Of a DNA stretch of 64,000 nt, positions 8,726 through 19,489 are shown piece after piece (position 1 is the stretch's first letter; each line of letters opens with the position of its first letter). The DNA is from Anaeromyxobacteraceae bacterium (GTDB lineage Bacteria; Myxococcota; Myxococcia; Myxococcales; Anaeromyxobacteraceae). The position numbers and the translations under genes are program-made. The notes below the pieces were generated by a model. The model saw only the letters and a list, made by a program, of their open reading frames with translations. It did not search any database and was not told the DNA's origin. The DNA lies in contig JAULAX010000015.1 of the NCBI GenBank assembly GCA_032654565.1, positions 1,226,124 to 1,290,123 of the forward strand, in the 5' to 3' direction.

Positions 8726-9666
8726 CAGTTGGCCTCGTCCCGGCTCCAGCCCTGCTGCTCCTGCCACTCTTCCTCGTCCTGGAGCGTGAACTCCAGCATC
8801 CACTCGGAGTAGTCGGGGATCACGTGGAGCCGGCCGCCGAAGTAGAGGCTGGGGGTGCCGCGCAGCCCGGCGGAGCGCCCCTCGGCCTGGGAGCCCTCGA
8901 CCTTGTAGCGGTAGCGGCCGGTCTCCAGCGCCGCGCGCAGGTCGGCGTCGTCCTTGCCGGCCTCGCGGGCGTAGGCGGCCAGGTCGTCGGTGGTGAGGGC
9001 GTGGGGCCGCTCGAAGAGCAGGTCGTGGAAGGTCCAGAAGATCCCCTGCTCGCGGGCCCACTCGGCGGCCTGGGCCGCCTCGACGGCGTGGGGGTGGGCC
9101 TCGATGGGGAAGGGCTTGTAGTGGAGCTTGAGCCGCCCGGGCCGGTCGGCGACGAACTTCTCCAGCACCGGCCGCATCAGCTGGCAGTAGGGGCAGGTGA
9201 AGTCGGAGAACTCCACCACCGTGACCGGGGCCCTGGGATCGCCGAGCGGGGGGCCGAAGCCGGCCACGTCGAGGGTGGCGCGCCGGGGGCGGTCGAAGGA
9301 GGCGTAGTACTTCTCCAGCATGGCCTTGAGCGCCGGCCTGGCGAGCCCGCCCAGCGCCAGGCGGGCGGCCAGCCGGGCGGTCCGCTTGGCGTGGTGGCAG
9401 CCGCCGTGCTGGCGCAGGCACTGCGAGACGGTGTGGGGGCAGCCGCAGTAGCAGTAGGTCTCCTGTGCGACCTCGGCGACCGCCTGCTGCTGCTCGGCGG
9501 TCAGCCCCTCGAGCGGGATGCCCGGCAGCAGCGCCTCGGGCGAGGTGGGCTCGCCGAGGTTGGCCTGGGCCGGCGTGGGCAGCGGGGGCGCGGAGGCGGT
9601 GGTGCGGGCGGCGCAGCCGGCCAGCAGGGCGACGGCGAGCGCGGCGGGGAGGAGGGAGGAGTGCAT
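8725..9666 (-). CDS. DsbA/thioredoxin-fold lipoprotein with N-terminal CYCGC Cys-rich domain
   Basis: LLAGC lipobox; VVEFSDFTCPYC; GTP cis-Pro motif; additional CYCGCPHTVSQC...GCHHA. Confidence 0.88.
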   Translation of the reverse strand: MHSSLLPAALAVALLAGCAARTTASAPPLPTPAQANLGEPTSPEALLPGIPLEGLTAEQQQAVAEVAQETYCYCGCPHTVSQCLRQHGGCHHAKRTARLAARLALGGLARPALKAMLEKYYASFDRPRRATLDVAGFGPPLGDPRAPVTVVEFSDFTCPYCQLMRPVLEKFVADRPGRLKLHYKPFPIEAHPHAVEAAQAAEWAREQGIFWTFHDLLFERPHALTTDDLAAYAREAGKDDADLRAALETGRYRYKVEGSQAEGRSAGLRGTPSLYFGGRLHVIPDYSEWMLEFTLQDEEEWQEQQGWSRDEAN

Positions 9667-9784
9667 CGGAGCGGTCTCCGGCGAGGGAGCCCGATGCTAC
9701 CACGCACCCTCGCGCCGCCCAGCAGGGTCGCCGGGGCACACCCGGGTGGCGCTCCGGCCCCGGCTGGCATAGAGCAGGATCCGG

Positions 9785-11521
9785 ATGCATCCCTCCACCC
9801 TCGCCCGCGGCGCCGTCCGCAAGGAGCCCGGCGGCCGCCTCGGGGTGGCGCTCTGCTACCCCAACGCCGAGCGGCTGGGCATGGCCAACCTCGGCTTCCA
9901 CGCCGTCTACCGGCTCTTCAACGACGACCCGGCCACCCGCTGCGAGCGGGTCTTCCTGCCCGAGGACGGCTCGCCCCCGCGCTCGGTGGAGTCGGGGACG
10001 CCGCTCGGCGAGTTCGACGTGGTGGCCTTCTCGCTCTCCTTCGAGGACGACTTCGTCCACCTGCTCGAGCTGCTCGACCGGGCCGGCCTGCCGCTGCGCG
10101 CCGCCGATCGCGACCAGCGCCACCCGCTGGTGGTGGCCGGCGGCATCGCCATGCAGATCAACCCGGAGCCGGTGGCCCCCTTCCTCGACGCCGTGCTCAT
10201 CGGCGAGGGGGAGGAGCTGGTGCCGCCGTTCCTCAACTGGCTGCGCGGCCAGGCCGGCCGGCCGCGCCCCGACCTGCTGCGCGACCTGGCCCGGCTGCCC
10301 GGCGCCTACGTGCCGGGGCTCTACCAGGTGGCGTACGCCGACACCCGGGCCAGCGCCGGCTGGGTGACCCGCTTCCAGCCCACCGAGGGGGCCCCGGCCC
10401 GGGTGGCGCGCCGCTTCGTGGCCGACCTGTCGAAGGTGGCCACCTCGCGGGTCATCGAGTCGCCCGACGCCCAGTTCGGCGACCTCTTCCTCACCGAGGT
10501 GGCCCGCGGCTGCCTCTGGGGCTGCCGCTTCTGCGCCGCCGGCTTCGTGCAGCGCCCCTACCGCGAGGTGGACCTCCCGACGCTGCGGGGCGAGGTGAAG
10601 AAGGGGATCGCCGCCGGGCAGCGGGTCGGGCTGGTGGGGCCGGACACCAGCGACTACTCCGGCCTGGACCCGCTCACCTGCTTCATCGGCGAGCAGGGCG
10701 GCAGCTTCAGCCCCTCCTCGCTGCGGGTCGACGCCATCACCCCCCTGCTGGCGGGGCGGATGGCGGCCGGCGGCGAGCGCTCCATCACGCTGGCCCCGGA
10801 GGCCGGCACGCCGCGGATGCGCGAGGTCATCAACAAGGACTTCAGCGACGACCGGATCGTCCAGGCGGCGGCCGACGCGCTCGAGTCCGGCATGATCAAC
10901 GTGAAGCTCTACTTCATGTGCGGCCTGCCCACCGAGACCGACGAGGACGTGCTGGGGATGGCCCGGCTGGCCATCCGCATCCGCGAGGAGGTGATGGCGC
11001 CGCGCGCCAGGGTCACCAAGCGGATGGGGCGCATCACGCTGTCGGTCAACCCCTTCGTCCCCAAGCCCTGGACGCCGTTCCAGTGGCAGCCCATGCACGA
11101 CCGCAAGTGCCTGGAGGGGAAGCGCAAGCTGCTCGAGCGCGAGCTGCGGCCGCTCGGCATCGACGTCGACTTCATGAGCCCGCGCGAGGCCGCGGTGCAG
11201 GCCCTCTTCTCCCGCGGCGACCGGCGCTGCGCCGACCTGCTGGAGCTGGCGCACCGCGAGTTCGAGGGGGACGTGGGGCGGGCGCTGCGCCGCTGGCCGC
11301 ACGACCCGGACTTCTTCGTGCTGCGCGAGGCGGCGGTGGAGGAGCAGCTCCCCTGGGACTTCATCGACCACGGCCTGACCAAGGCCTTCCTGGCTCGCGA
11401 GCAGCGGCGCGGCCTCGGCGCCCGCATCACGCCGAAGTGCGAGGTGGAGTCCTGCCGGGCCTGCGGCCTCGCCTGCGCCGACCACCCGGAGCTGAAGACC
11501 GGGCTGCCGGTCGTCTCCTGA
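9785..11521 (+). CDS. Radical SAM protein (B12-binding-like N-terminus, uncharacterised family)
   Basis: RGCLWGCRFC (CxxxCxxC); YPN..GMANLG; VKLYFMCGLPTE; FVPKPWTPFQW; C-terminal CEVESCRACGLAC. Confidence 0.9.
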   Translation: MHPSTLARGAVRKEPGGRLGVALCYPNAERLGMANLGFHAVYRLFNDDPATRCERVFLPEDGSPPRSVESGTPLGEFDVVAFSLSFEDDFVHLLELLDRAGLPLRAADRDQRHPLVVAGGIAMQINPEPVAPFLDAVLIGEGEELVPPFLNWLRGQAGRPRPDLLRDLARLPGAYVPGLYQVAYADTRASAGWVTRFQPTEGAPARVARRFVADLSKVATSRVIESPDAQFGDLFLTEVARGCLWGCRFCAAGFVQRPYREVDLPTLRGEVKKGIAAGQRVGLVGPDTSDYSGLDPLTCFIGEQGGSFSPSSLRVDAITPLLAGRMAAGGERSITLAPEAGTPRMREVINKDFSDDRIVQAAADALESGMINVKLYFMCGLPTETDEDVLGMARLAIRIREEVMAPRARVTKRMGRITLSVNPFVPKPWTPFQWQPMHDRKCLEGKRKLLERELRPLGIDVDFMSPREAAVQALFSRGDRRCADLLELAHREFEGDVGRALRRWPHDPDFFVLREAAVEEQLPWDFIDHGLTKAFLAREQRRGLGARITPKCEVESCRACGLACADHPELKTGLPVVS

Positions 11522-11548
11522 GCGTGGCGTGGTCGGCCGGAAGGTGAA

Positions 11549-11580
11549 GCGCCCGGCCCCCGAGGAGGGGAGCCGGGCGC
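11549..11580. terminator. Hairpin between convergent genes (possible bidirectional terminator)
   Basis: GCGCCCGGC-CCCC...GGGG-A-GCCGGGCGC. Confidence 0.45.
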
Positions 11581-11605
11581 GGGCCGGGCGGGCGATCGGG
11601 CGCGG

Positions 11606-14600
11606 CTAGGGAGGCGCGACCACGAACCCCTGGATCGGGACGTTGATGGAGCGCTCCGTGGAGATGCTGCTGATGATGTTGGTGGTCCGGAGCGTCGCCG
11701 TCACCCAGGTCAAGGCCGACTCCGGCAGGGAGCCGCCGGTGACGGTGATCCACCCGAATGAACCGTACTGGAACGAGCCCACGTCGGCGCGCCGCACGCA
11801 CGGCGTCCAGTTGCAGGTGGTGCCGCAGACCGTGGGATCACCGCCCGGCGACCCGTCGCAGTAGAGCTGGCGGAAGAGCATCCCCAGCCCGTCGGTGGTG
11901 GTGGGGGCGGAGTTGAACGACGAGGTGAAGCTGGAGCCCGTCGTCTTGGAGATGCCGTAGGTGGTCCGGTAGTTGGGCAGGTTGAAGTTGAGATCGGTCA
12001 TGTAGACGGCGCGGGAGGTGCTCCCGGCCGGCGTCCCGGGTGCCGGGGTGGTGGTCGAGTGCGTGACCGTGAACCCCGCCGGGGACGTGCCCACCGGCGT
12101 GAACGGGCTGGGGAAGCCGTTGTAGAACCGCGAGGCCAGCTCGCTGACGCCGTCGTTCTGCACCTCCACGTAACCGGTGTAGAGGATGCGGGTCTCGGCC
12201 CAGATGGTGGTGCTGGCGTCACGCACACCGTTTGGCCCGTCCCAGGTGCCGTTGTTGTTGGCGTCGAAGTAGGGCTCGTCGAACTCGCCGCCGGCGACGA
12301 TGCTGTCGCGCTTCCCGTTGTCGTTGATGTCCACGAACGGCTCGCCGAGGTCGACGAAGCGCTCTCCGAGCAGGCAGCCGGGGGTGCCGGGCGGGTCGTA
12401 GAGGCCGTTGGCCGGGCAGCCGTTGGAGCTGTCGAAGAAGCCCTCCTCGCCGCGGACCGCGGCGATGACGGTGACCAGGCCGTCGCGCGGGTTGTGGCGG
12501 CGGGTCGAGCCGACTGGCTGGCGCAGCCGTCGAGGGCCCAGTCGTGCGCGAGGTCGAACTCGCCGGCGACCTGGGGCAGCACGTCGGTCGGCAGCTTGGC
12601 GCCGTTGGTGTCGATGACGCTGCTGGTCCGCCGCAGGTTCCCCTGCTGGGTGGGCAGCACGCCGCTGGGGTTGTAGGCCGGGGTCGGTGGCCGAGGAGGC
12701 CGGTGGTGCCGGCCTCGGTGAAGAACTGCACCAGCGGTGGCGACGCCCAGCTTGTTCTTGAACCGGTCGGCCAGCGTCACCACGCAGGTGATCTTGGAGT
12801 CGGCCCCCGCGTAGGTGGAGTTGGTGCAGTCGTGGCTGGTCAGCGCCGGGATGTTCTTGGGCGAGCAGTCGATGGAGATCTCGGCGCCGGTGGCCTTGGC
12901 GCCGACGATGGCGATGTTGCCGGCGGTGGCCTGGAGCAGGTTGCTCCCGCCGGCCTGGGCGCGGGCCACCACCGAGACCACGTTGGCGATCGAGCCGGAG
13001 TGGAGGATGACCTTCACCTTGCCGGTGGCGTCGGTGACGCCGCTGGCGGTGCAGACGTTGGCGGCGCAGCCGGCCGCCGAGGCGCCGATGTAGGAGCCGC
13101 CCAGCTGGCCGTGCTCGAAGGCGACGGCCAGCCCGGCCGGGTAGGTCTGGTTGGCCGAGTCCACCAGCTGGAAGGTGAACTCGTTGGACTCCTGGAAGCC
13201 GGAGCCCAGGGCGCCCATCACCGCGTACTGCTGGTTGACGAGGTTGACCTGGGCCAGCTGCGGCAGGGTGATGGTGACGGTGTTGCTGATGGTGGTGGTG
13301 CCGGTGAAGTAGCTGGCGGTGACCACCGCCGGCCCGGAGGCGGTGGAGGAGGTGAAGGTCACCGAGGCCTGGCCGGCGCCGTTGGTGGTGGCGGTGGGGC
13401 CGACCGTGCCGAGGCTGGTGGTGAAGTCGATGGTCTGCCCGCCCTGCGGCGTGATGGTGCCGGTGTCCTTGCTGAGCGTGGCGGTCACCGTGGTGGTGGC
13501 GAGGCCGTTGGCGGCCAGCCGGGTGGCGGTGGCCGAGACGGTGAGGACGTAGCTGGAGCTGGTGTCCTTGCAGACCCAGGTGGCGCCGCTCAGGGCGCAG
13601 AGCTGCAGCACGTTGGTGCCGCACTGGGCGCCGAAGGGCGCGCCCTGGCAGCCCGGGTCATTGCAGTCCACCTTGCCGTCGCAGTTGTTGTCGATGTTGT
13701 CGCGGCACTGGACGCCGGACTCGACGCTGCCGCTCGGGCAGGTGCAGACGGAGGGGGTGCCGGCCGAGCAGGCCAGGCCGTTGGCGCCGCAGATCTTCCC
13801 GGCGCAGTCGGGATCGGCGCAGTCGATGAGGCCGTCGCAGTCGTTGTCGATGCCGTCGCTGCACGAGGTCTCGGCCACCTGGCCGCCCGGGCAGACGCAC
13901 TGGCCGACGAAGTCGCACTTCTCGCCGAAGCGGCCCACCACGGTCTGGCAGGCCTGGCCGAAGGCGCCCACCGTGGCCGGCCGGCAGCCGGGGTCGGCGC
14001 AGTCGATGAGGCCGTCGCAGTCGTTGTCCTTGCCGTCGGCGCAGCCGGTGGTCCCCTCGCTGGCCATGGCCACGCCGCCGTTGCCCGTGCAGATGCAGGT
14101 GCCGCCGTTGGCCGGCGAGCAGGTCTGGCCGTTGGGCCCGCAGCTCTTCGGCGTCAGGTTGCAGTCGGTGTCGGCGCAGTCGATCTTGCCGTCGCAGTCG
14201 TTGTCGAGGCCGTCGCCGCAGGAGACCTCGCCGCCCACCTCCGCGCCGGTGCACTCGCACACCAGGGTGGTGGGGTTGCAGGTCTTGCCGGTGGCGCTGC
14301 AGGCCGCCGAGGCGCAGTTGGGATCCTGGCAGTCGACCAGGCCGTCGCAGTCGTTGTCCTTGCCGTCGCTGCAGGCCGTCTCCACGGCCTGGGGCGTGCC
14401 GCCGTTGCCGGAGCAGACCGCGCAGGTCGAGACCCCGCCCACCACCGGCGAGCAGGTGTTGCCGCGGGCGTCGCAGACCGCCCCCAGGGCGTTGCCGACG
14501 GGGCGGCAGTCCGGATCGTCGCAGTCGATGAGTCCGTCGCAGTCGTTGTCCTTGCCGTCACCGCAGGAGGTCTCGGTGGCCTGGGCCACGCCGCCGTTGC

Positions 14601-16365
14601 AGACGCAGGTCTTGGCGGCGGTGCACTTGCCGGTGGTGGTGCCGGGGCCGCTGGTCACCGGGGCGTCGAAGCAGGTCTTGGCCAGGCAGTCGGAGTCGGC
14701 GCAGTCGCTGAGCCCGTCGCAGTCGGTGTCGCGGCCGTCGCCGCAGGAGGACTCGGCCACCTCGCCGGGGATGGCCGGTGAGCCGGGCGGCGAGCAGACC
14801 GAGCAGGTGTTGGTGACGCCGGAGAGGTTGGTGCAGGCCTTGCCGGAGGCGTTGCAGGCGCGCGAGGCGCAGTCGGGGTCGGCGCAGTCGACGAGGCCGT
14901 CGCAGTCGTTGTCCTTGCCGTCGCCGCAGCTCTGCTCGAACGGCTCCGGGGTCCCGCCGTTGCCGGTGCAGGCGCACTGGCCGAGGCCGTCGCAGCGCAG
15001 GACGTTGGTGAGGGTGCCGGCGCACTGCTGGCCGTAGGTGTTGCCCGGCGCGGTGGGGCCGCAGTCACGGTCGGCGCAGTCGACCGCGCCGTCGCAGTCG
15101 TTGTCCTTGCCGTCGCTGCAGCCGAGCTCCTTGCCCTGCTGGGGCACGCCGCCGTTGCCGTTGCAGGTGCAGACCCCCACCACGGTGGGGGAGCAGACCG
15201 AGCCGAAGGCGGTGCAGGCCACGCTGGCGCAGTCCGGATCGGCGCAGTCGATCTTGCCGTCGCAGTCGTTGTCCTGGCCGTCGCCGCAGCTGAGCTCCTT
15301 GGCGGCCTCCGGCCCCTGGCAGACGCAGGAGGCGGTGGTCGGGTTGCAGGTCTTGCCGGTGGCGGTGCAGACCGCCCAGGCCGTGGCGCAGTCGGGGTCG
15401 GCGCAGTCGACCAGGCCGTCGCAGTCGTTGTCCTTGCCGTCGGCGCAGTCGGTCTCCACCGCCTGGGCGGCGCCGCCGTTGCCGGCGCAGACCGAGCAGC
15501 TGGAGGCCCCGGCGATGGCGGCCGAGCAGGTGTGGCCGCGCCCGTCGCAGGCCTGGCCGCCCGAGCCCTTGTCCTGGCAGTCGGGGTCCTCGCAGTCGAT
15601 GAGGCCGTCGCAGTCGTCGTCGATGCCATCGCCGCACTTGGCGCCGGTCTCCGGCGTGGCGGTGCAGGTGCAGAGCTTGGTGGTGGCGCCACAGACGCCG
15701 GTGGTGAGGCCACCGCCGGTGGAGGGGGCGCTGTTGCAGATGTCGCCGGCGCAGTCGGGGTCGGCGCAGTCGACGAGGCCGTCGCAGTCGTTGTCGAAGC
15801 CGTCGCCGCAGCTCACCTCGGCCACCTCGGGGGCGCCGCCCTTGCCGGTGCAGACGCTGCAGGTCCCGCCGCCGCAGGTCTTGCCGCCGGCGTCGCAGGT
15901 GGTGCCGGCCGGGCAGGTGGCGGTGTCCTGGCAGTCGGTCAGGCCGTCGGCGTTGTTGTCCCTGGCGTCGCTGCAGATCTCGACGGCCACGAACCGCACC
16001 TGGAGCTGGCCGGTGGCCAGGTTGCCGTCGGAGGCCCTCAGCTGGGCCATGCCGACGCAGGTGGGGCCCGGGGTGACCCGCGAGTCGCAGGTGACCAGGG
16101 TGACGTCGAAGGGGGTGGTGGGGTTGGTGGCGCTGACGGCGCCGCTGGCCTCGAGGAAGCCGCCGCGGTCGGTGCGGATCACCACCGGCCCCTTCTGGCT
16201 GCCGGTGACGTGGATGAGCACCTGGTTGACGCCGTTGGCCAGCACCTGGGTCTGGCTGGCGGTGATGGTGAGCACGCCGCCGCCGGAGGAGCCCGCGTCC
16301 TTGGCGCCGCCGCAGGCCAGCAGGGCGGACGCAGCGATCGACGCCAGGCAGATCTTCCAGGTCAT
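11606..16365 (-). CDS. Giant surface lipoprotein/adhesin (~1,585 codons): Big_1-like domain, 14 Cys/Asp-rich repeats, invasin-like Ig domains, Ca-binding C-terminus; reading frame broken near 12500-12740
   Basis: GGAGGAG RBS and [18 protein letters not shown]; 14x CxDGxDNDCDGxxDCx[19 protein letters not shown] (Big_1-like). The C-terminus ([38 protein letters not shown]) continues in the 11606..13624 frame. Confidence 0.85.
13640..15980 (-). repeat. 14 imperfect intragenic repeats encoding CxDGxDNDCDGxxDCxDxDC
   Basis: Recurrent + strand GCCGTCGCAGTCGTTGTC; repeats counted in the translation. Confidence 0.9.
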
Positions 16366-16481
16366 GTGGTACTCCTCCAAGAGGTGGCGGACGGCAACGG
16401 CAGCCGCCGGCAATGTATCAAAGTTCGACCCCCCCGACGGTGGGTAAACGAGGGTGTGGGTGCAGGTGGGAGGGCAGGGAC

Positions 16482-16937
16482 GTGACCGACCAGGAGGCCA
16501 TGGAGGCGGCGCTGGCGCTGGCCGGCGAGGCGGCCGCCGACGGCGAGGTCCCGGTCGGGGCGGTGGCCCTCTTCGAGGGGCGGGTGGTGGGGCAGGGGCG
16601 GAATCGGCGGGAGGGGGCCAACGACCCGACCGCCCACGCCGAGCTGCTGGCGGTTCGCGCGGCCGCGCAGGCCCTGGGGCGCTGGCGGCTCACCGGGGTG
16701 ACCGTCTACGTGACGCTGGAGCCCTGCGCCATGTGCGCCGGGGCCCTGGTGCTGGCCCGCATCGACCGGCTGGTCTTCGGCGCCGACGACCCCAAGGCCG
16801 GCGCCGTCGGCTCGCTGCAGGACCTCTCCGCCGACCCCCGGCTCAACCACCGCTTCCCGGTGGAGCGGGGGCTGCTGGCCGACCGCTGCAGCGCGCTGCT
16901 GCGCGACTTCTTCAGGGCCCGCCGCAACCCCGCCTGA
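16482..16937 (+). CDS. tadA: tRNA adenosine(34) deaminase
   Basis: [42 protein letters not shown] at 16482. Confidence 0.95.
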   Translation: MTDQEAMEAALALAGEAAADGEVPVGAVALFEGRVVGQGRNRREGANDPTAHAELLAVRAAAQALGRWRLTGVTVYVTLEPCAMCAGALVLARIDRLVFGADDPKAGAVGSLQDLSADPRLNHRFPVERGLLADRCSALLRDFFRARRNPA

Positions 16938-16992
16938 AGGTTCGGCGCGCCGCGCTTGGCAAGACCCCGGAAGATCAGGTAAACCCGCGCGC

Positions 16993-17079
16993 GGAGAGCT
17001 GGCCGAGTGGTCGAAGGCGCCTGACTCGAAATCAGGTGTACGGGCAACTGTACCGTGGGTTCGACTCCCACGCTCTCCG
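16993..17079 (+). tRNA. tRNA-Ser(CGA), CCA not encoded
   Basis: Acceptor GGAGAGC/GCTCTCC+G; anticodon arm CCTGA-CT CGA AA-TCAGG; long variable arm; GGTTCGACTCC T-arm. Confidence 0.97.
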
Positions 17080-17097
17080 CTTACTTTTCGTCTTCAT

Positions 17098-17187
17098 GGA
17101 GAGGTGTTCGAGCGGTTTAAGAAGCACGACTGGAAATCGTGTGTACCCTTACCGGTACCGTGGGTTCAAATCCCACCCTCTCCGCCA
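17098..17187 (+). tRNA. tRNA-Ser(GGA)
   Basis: Acceptor GGAGAGG/CCTCTCC+GCCA; CACGA-CT GGA AA-TCGTG; long variable arm; GGTTCAAATCC. Confidence 0.97.
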
Positions 17188-17211
17188 GCTTCCGGCCCCG
17201 ACGGGCCGGGT

Positions 17212-17320
17212 GAGCCGGCCCAGAATCCTCGGGCGACGTGGGCTCCTTCGAACCCCGCCAGGCCCGGAAGGGAGCAACGGTAGAAGGACCTCCGTGCGCC
17301 CGGGGATTGTGGGCCGGCTC
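17212..17320 (+). ncRNA. ffs: Signal recognition particle RNA (small bacterial 4.5S type)
   Basis: Helix-8 motif CAGGCCCGGAAGGGAGCA; closing stem GAGCCGGCCCA/TGGGCCGGCTC; lies upstream of dnaX. Confidence 0.93.
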
Positions 17321-17349
17321 GTTCTTTTCTGCTAAAGCCTTCGCTCCTC

Positions 17350-19164
17350 ATGGGACCGCAGCCGCACTACCTCGTCCTGGCCCGCAAGTACCGGCCGCAG
17401 CGCTTCGGCGAGATGTCCGGCCAGGCGCACGTGGTCCAGACGCTGGCCAACGCCCTGAAGCGCGGCCAGCTGGCCCACGCCTTCCTCTTCACCGGCCCGC
17501 GCGGCGTCGGCAAGACCACCGCGGCGCGGCTGGTGGCCAAGGCCGTCAACTGCGTCAACGGGCCGACCCCGGAGCCCTGCGGGACCTGCGTCCCCTGCCA
17601 GGAGATCGCCGACGGGCGCAGCGTCGACGTCATCGAGATCGACGCCGCCTCCAACAACGGCGTCGACAACGTCCGCGACATCGTCGAGGCGGTGAAGTAC
17701 CGGCCGGCCCGCGACCGCTACAAGGTCTTCGTCATCGACGAGGTCCACATGCTCTCGCAGGGGGCCTTCAACGCCCTGCTGAAGACGCTCGAGGAGCCGC
17801 CAGATCACGTCAAGTTCGTGCTGGCCACCACCGACGTCCACAAGGTGCCGGAGACCATCGTCTCCCGCTGCCAGCGCTTCGACTTCCGCCGGCTCACCCA
17901 GCAGCAGATCGCCGACCAGCTCGGCCACGTGGCCGCCGCGGAGAAGATGACGCTCTCCGGCGCCGCCCTGGCCATGGTGGCGCGCGCCGCCGAGGGCGGG
18001 ATGCGCGACGCCCTCTCGCTGCTCGACCGGGTGCGGGCCGCCTGCGGCGACGCCCCGGGCGACGCCGAGGTGGCCGAGGCGCTCGGCACCGTCGACGTGG
18101 CGGCGGTGAGCCGCATGGCCGGGGCGCTGCTGCAGCGCGACGGGGCGGCGCTGCTGGCCGAGATCGCCACGCTCCACGAGCGCGGGCTGGAGATGAAGCG
18201 GGTGGCCGAGGAGCTGGCCCGCCACCTGCGCAACGTGGTGGTGGCGCGGCTGGCCCCGGCGGCGCCGCTCGACCTCCCCGACGTGGAGCTGGCCGAGGTG
18301 CGGGCCCAGGCCGGCGGGGCCGATCCGGCCCAGCTCACCCGGCTCTTCGATCTCGCCCAGCGCGCCGTGGTGGAGGCCAAGCTGGCCGACCAGCCCCGCC
18401 ACGCCCTGGAGGTGGCGCTGCTCAAGGCCGTCTTCCTGGCGCCGGGCGCCGAGGTCTCGGCGCTCATCGCCCGGGTCGAGGCGCTGGCCGGCGGGGCCCT
18501 GCCGCCCTCCGGGACGGGCGGCGGCGGCGGCTCCGGCGGTGGCCGCGCCGTGGCCGCCCCGCGTCCTGCCGCACCCGCACCCGCCGCGCCCCCGCCGACG
18601 CGCAGCGCCGCGGCGGTTCCGGCCGCGGCACCGACCTCGACCCCCACGTCGGCCCCGACCACGGTTCCGGTCCCGGTCACCGTCCCGGTGGCGACGCCGG
18701 CCCCGGTCGAGACCGCCCCCGCCCCGCCGGCTCCGGCCGCCCCGCTGATCGATCCCGCCGCCCCCCTCGCCGACCGCTGGCGCGCCGTGGTCGACGAGGT
18801 GGAGAAGGTGAGCCCGGCCGCCGCCCCGGCCCTGAAGCAGGCCACGCTCCGCTGGATCCGCGACGGCGAGATCGGCGTGCAGCTCCCGCCCGGCCTGATG
18901 GCCACCACCGCCGAGCGGCGGCGCGCCGACATCGAGGCGGTCTTCGCCCGCTGCTTCGGCCGGCCCACCCGGCTGGCGCTCACCCTCGGCGAGCCCACCG
19001 CGGCGCCGCCGGGCGAGTCGGCGCCGGTCTCGCTGGCCGCCGCCGAGCAGGCCGACCGGCTGGCCCGCTCGCGCCGGGTGCGGGAGACGGCCCGGGCCCA
19101 CCCCAACATCCAGCAGGCCGCCCGTCTCCTCGAGGGCGGCGTCGACCAGGTCGAGGAGCTCTAG
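17350..19164 (+). CDS. dnaX: DNA polymerase III subunit gamma/tau
   Basis: [44 protein letters not shown]. Confidence 0.97.
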   Translation: MGPQPHYLVLARKYRPQRFGEMSGQAHVVQTLANALKRGQLAHAFLFTGPRGVGKTTAARLVAKAVNCVNGPTPEPCGTCVPCQEIADGRSVDVIEIDAASNNGVDNVRDIVEAVKYRPARDRYKVFVIDEVHMLSQGAFNALLKTLEEPPDHVKFVLATTDVHKVPETIVSRCQRFDFRRLTQQQIADQLGHVAAAEKMTLSGAALAMVARAAEGGMRDALSLLDRVRAACGDAPGDAEVAEALGTVDVAAVSRMAGALLQRDGAALLAEIATLHERGLEMKRVAEELARHLRNVVVARLAPAAPLDLPDVELAEVRAQAGGADPAQLTRLFDLAQRAVVEAKLADQPRHALEVALLKAVFLAPGAEVSALIARVEALAGGALPPSGTGGGGGSGGGRAVAAPRPAAPAPAAPPPTRSAAAVPAAAPTSTPTSAPTTVPVPVTVPVATPAPVETAPAPPAPAAPLIDPAAPLADRWRAVVDEVEKVSPAAAPALKQATLRWIRDGEIGVQLPPGLMATTAERRRADIEAVFARCFGRPTRLALTLGEPTAAPPGESAPVSLAAAEQADRLARSRRVRETARAHPNIQQAARLLEGGVDQVEEL

Positions 19165-19172
19165 GACCACCC

Positions 19173-19484
19173 ATGGACATCCAGTTCCTGATGAAGCAGG
19201 CCAAGAAGCTCGAGAAGGCCATGGCCGATGCGCGCGAGTCGCTCGGCGAGGTGACCGTGGAGGGCGAGAGCGGCGGCGGCCTGGTCAAGGTGACCATGAA
19301 CGGCCGCTGCGAGGTGGTGAAGCTGGCCATCGCCCCGACGGCCATCGACCCGGCCGACCCGTCGATGCTCGAGGACCTGCTCACCGCCGCCCTCAACGCC
19401 ACCTGCGCCAAGGCCCGGGCGGCCGCCGACGAGCACCTCGGCAAGGCCACCGGCGGCGTCAAGATCCCCGGCGTCATGGGGTGA
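19173..19484 (+). CDS. ybaB: YbaB/EbfC nucleoid-associated protein
   Basis: [32 protein letters not shown]; lies between dnaX and recR. Confidence 0.93.
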   Translation: MDIQFLMKQAKKLEKAMADARESLGEVTVEGESGGGLVKVTMNGRCEVVKLAIAPTAIDPADPSMLEDLLTAALNATCAKARAAADEHLGKATGGVKIPGVMG

Positions 19485-19489
19485 GCGGG

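Noticed and set aside
13640..15980. Regularly recurring ~20-30 nt DNA repeats resembling a CRISPR array
   Set aside because: The repeats are degenerate at third codon positions, the spacing is ~130-190 nt, they lie in frame in a CDS, and there are no cas genes.
18480..18780. Programmed frameshift in dnaX
   Set aside because: No A-AAA-AAG or poly-A slippery site is seen; the region is a Pro/Ala/Thr low-complexity linker.
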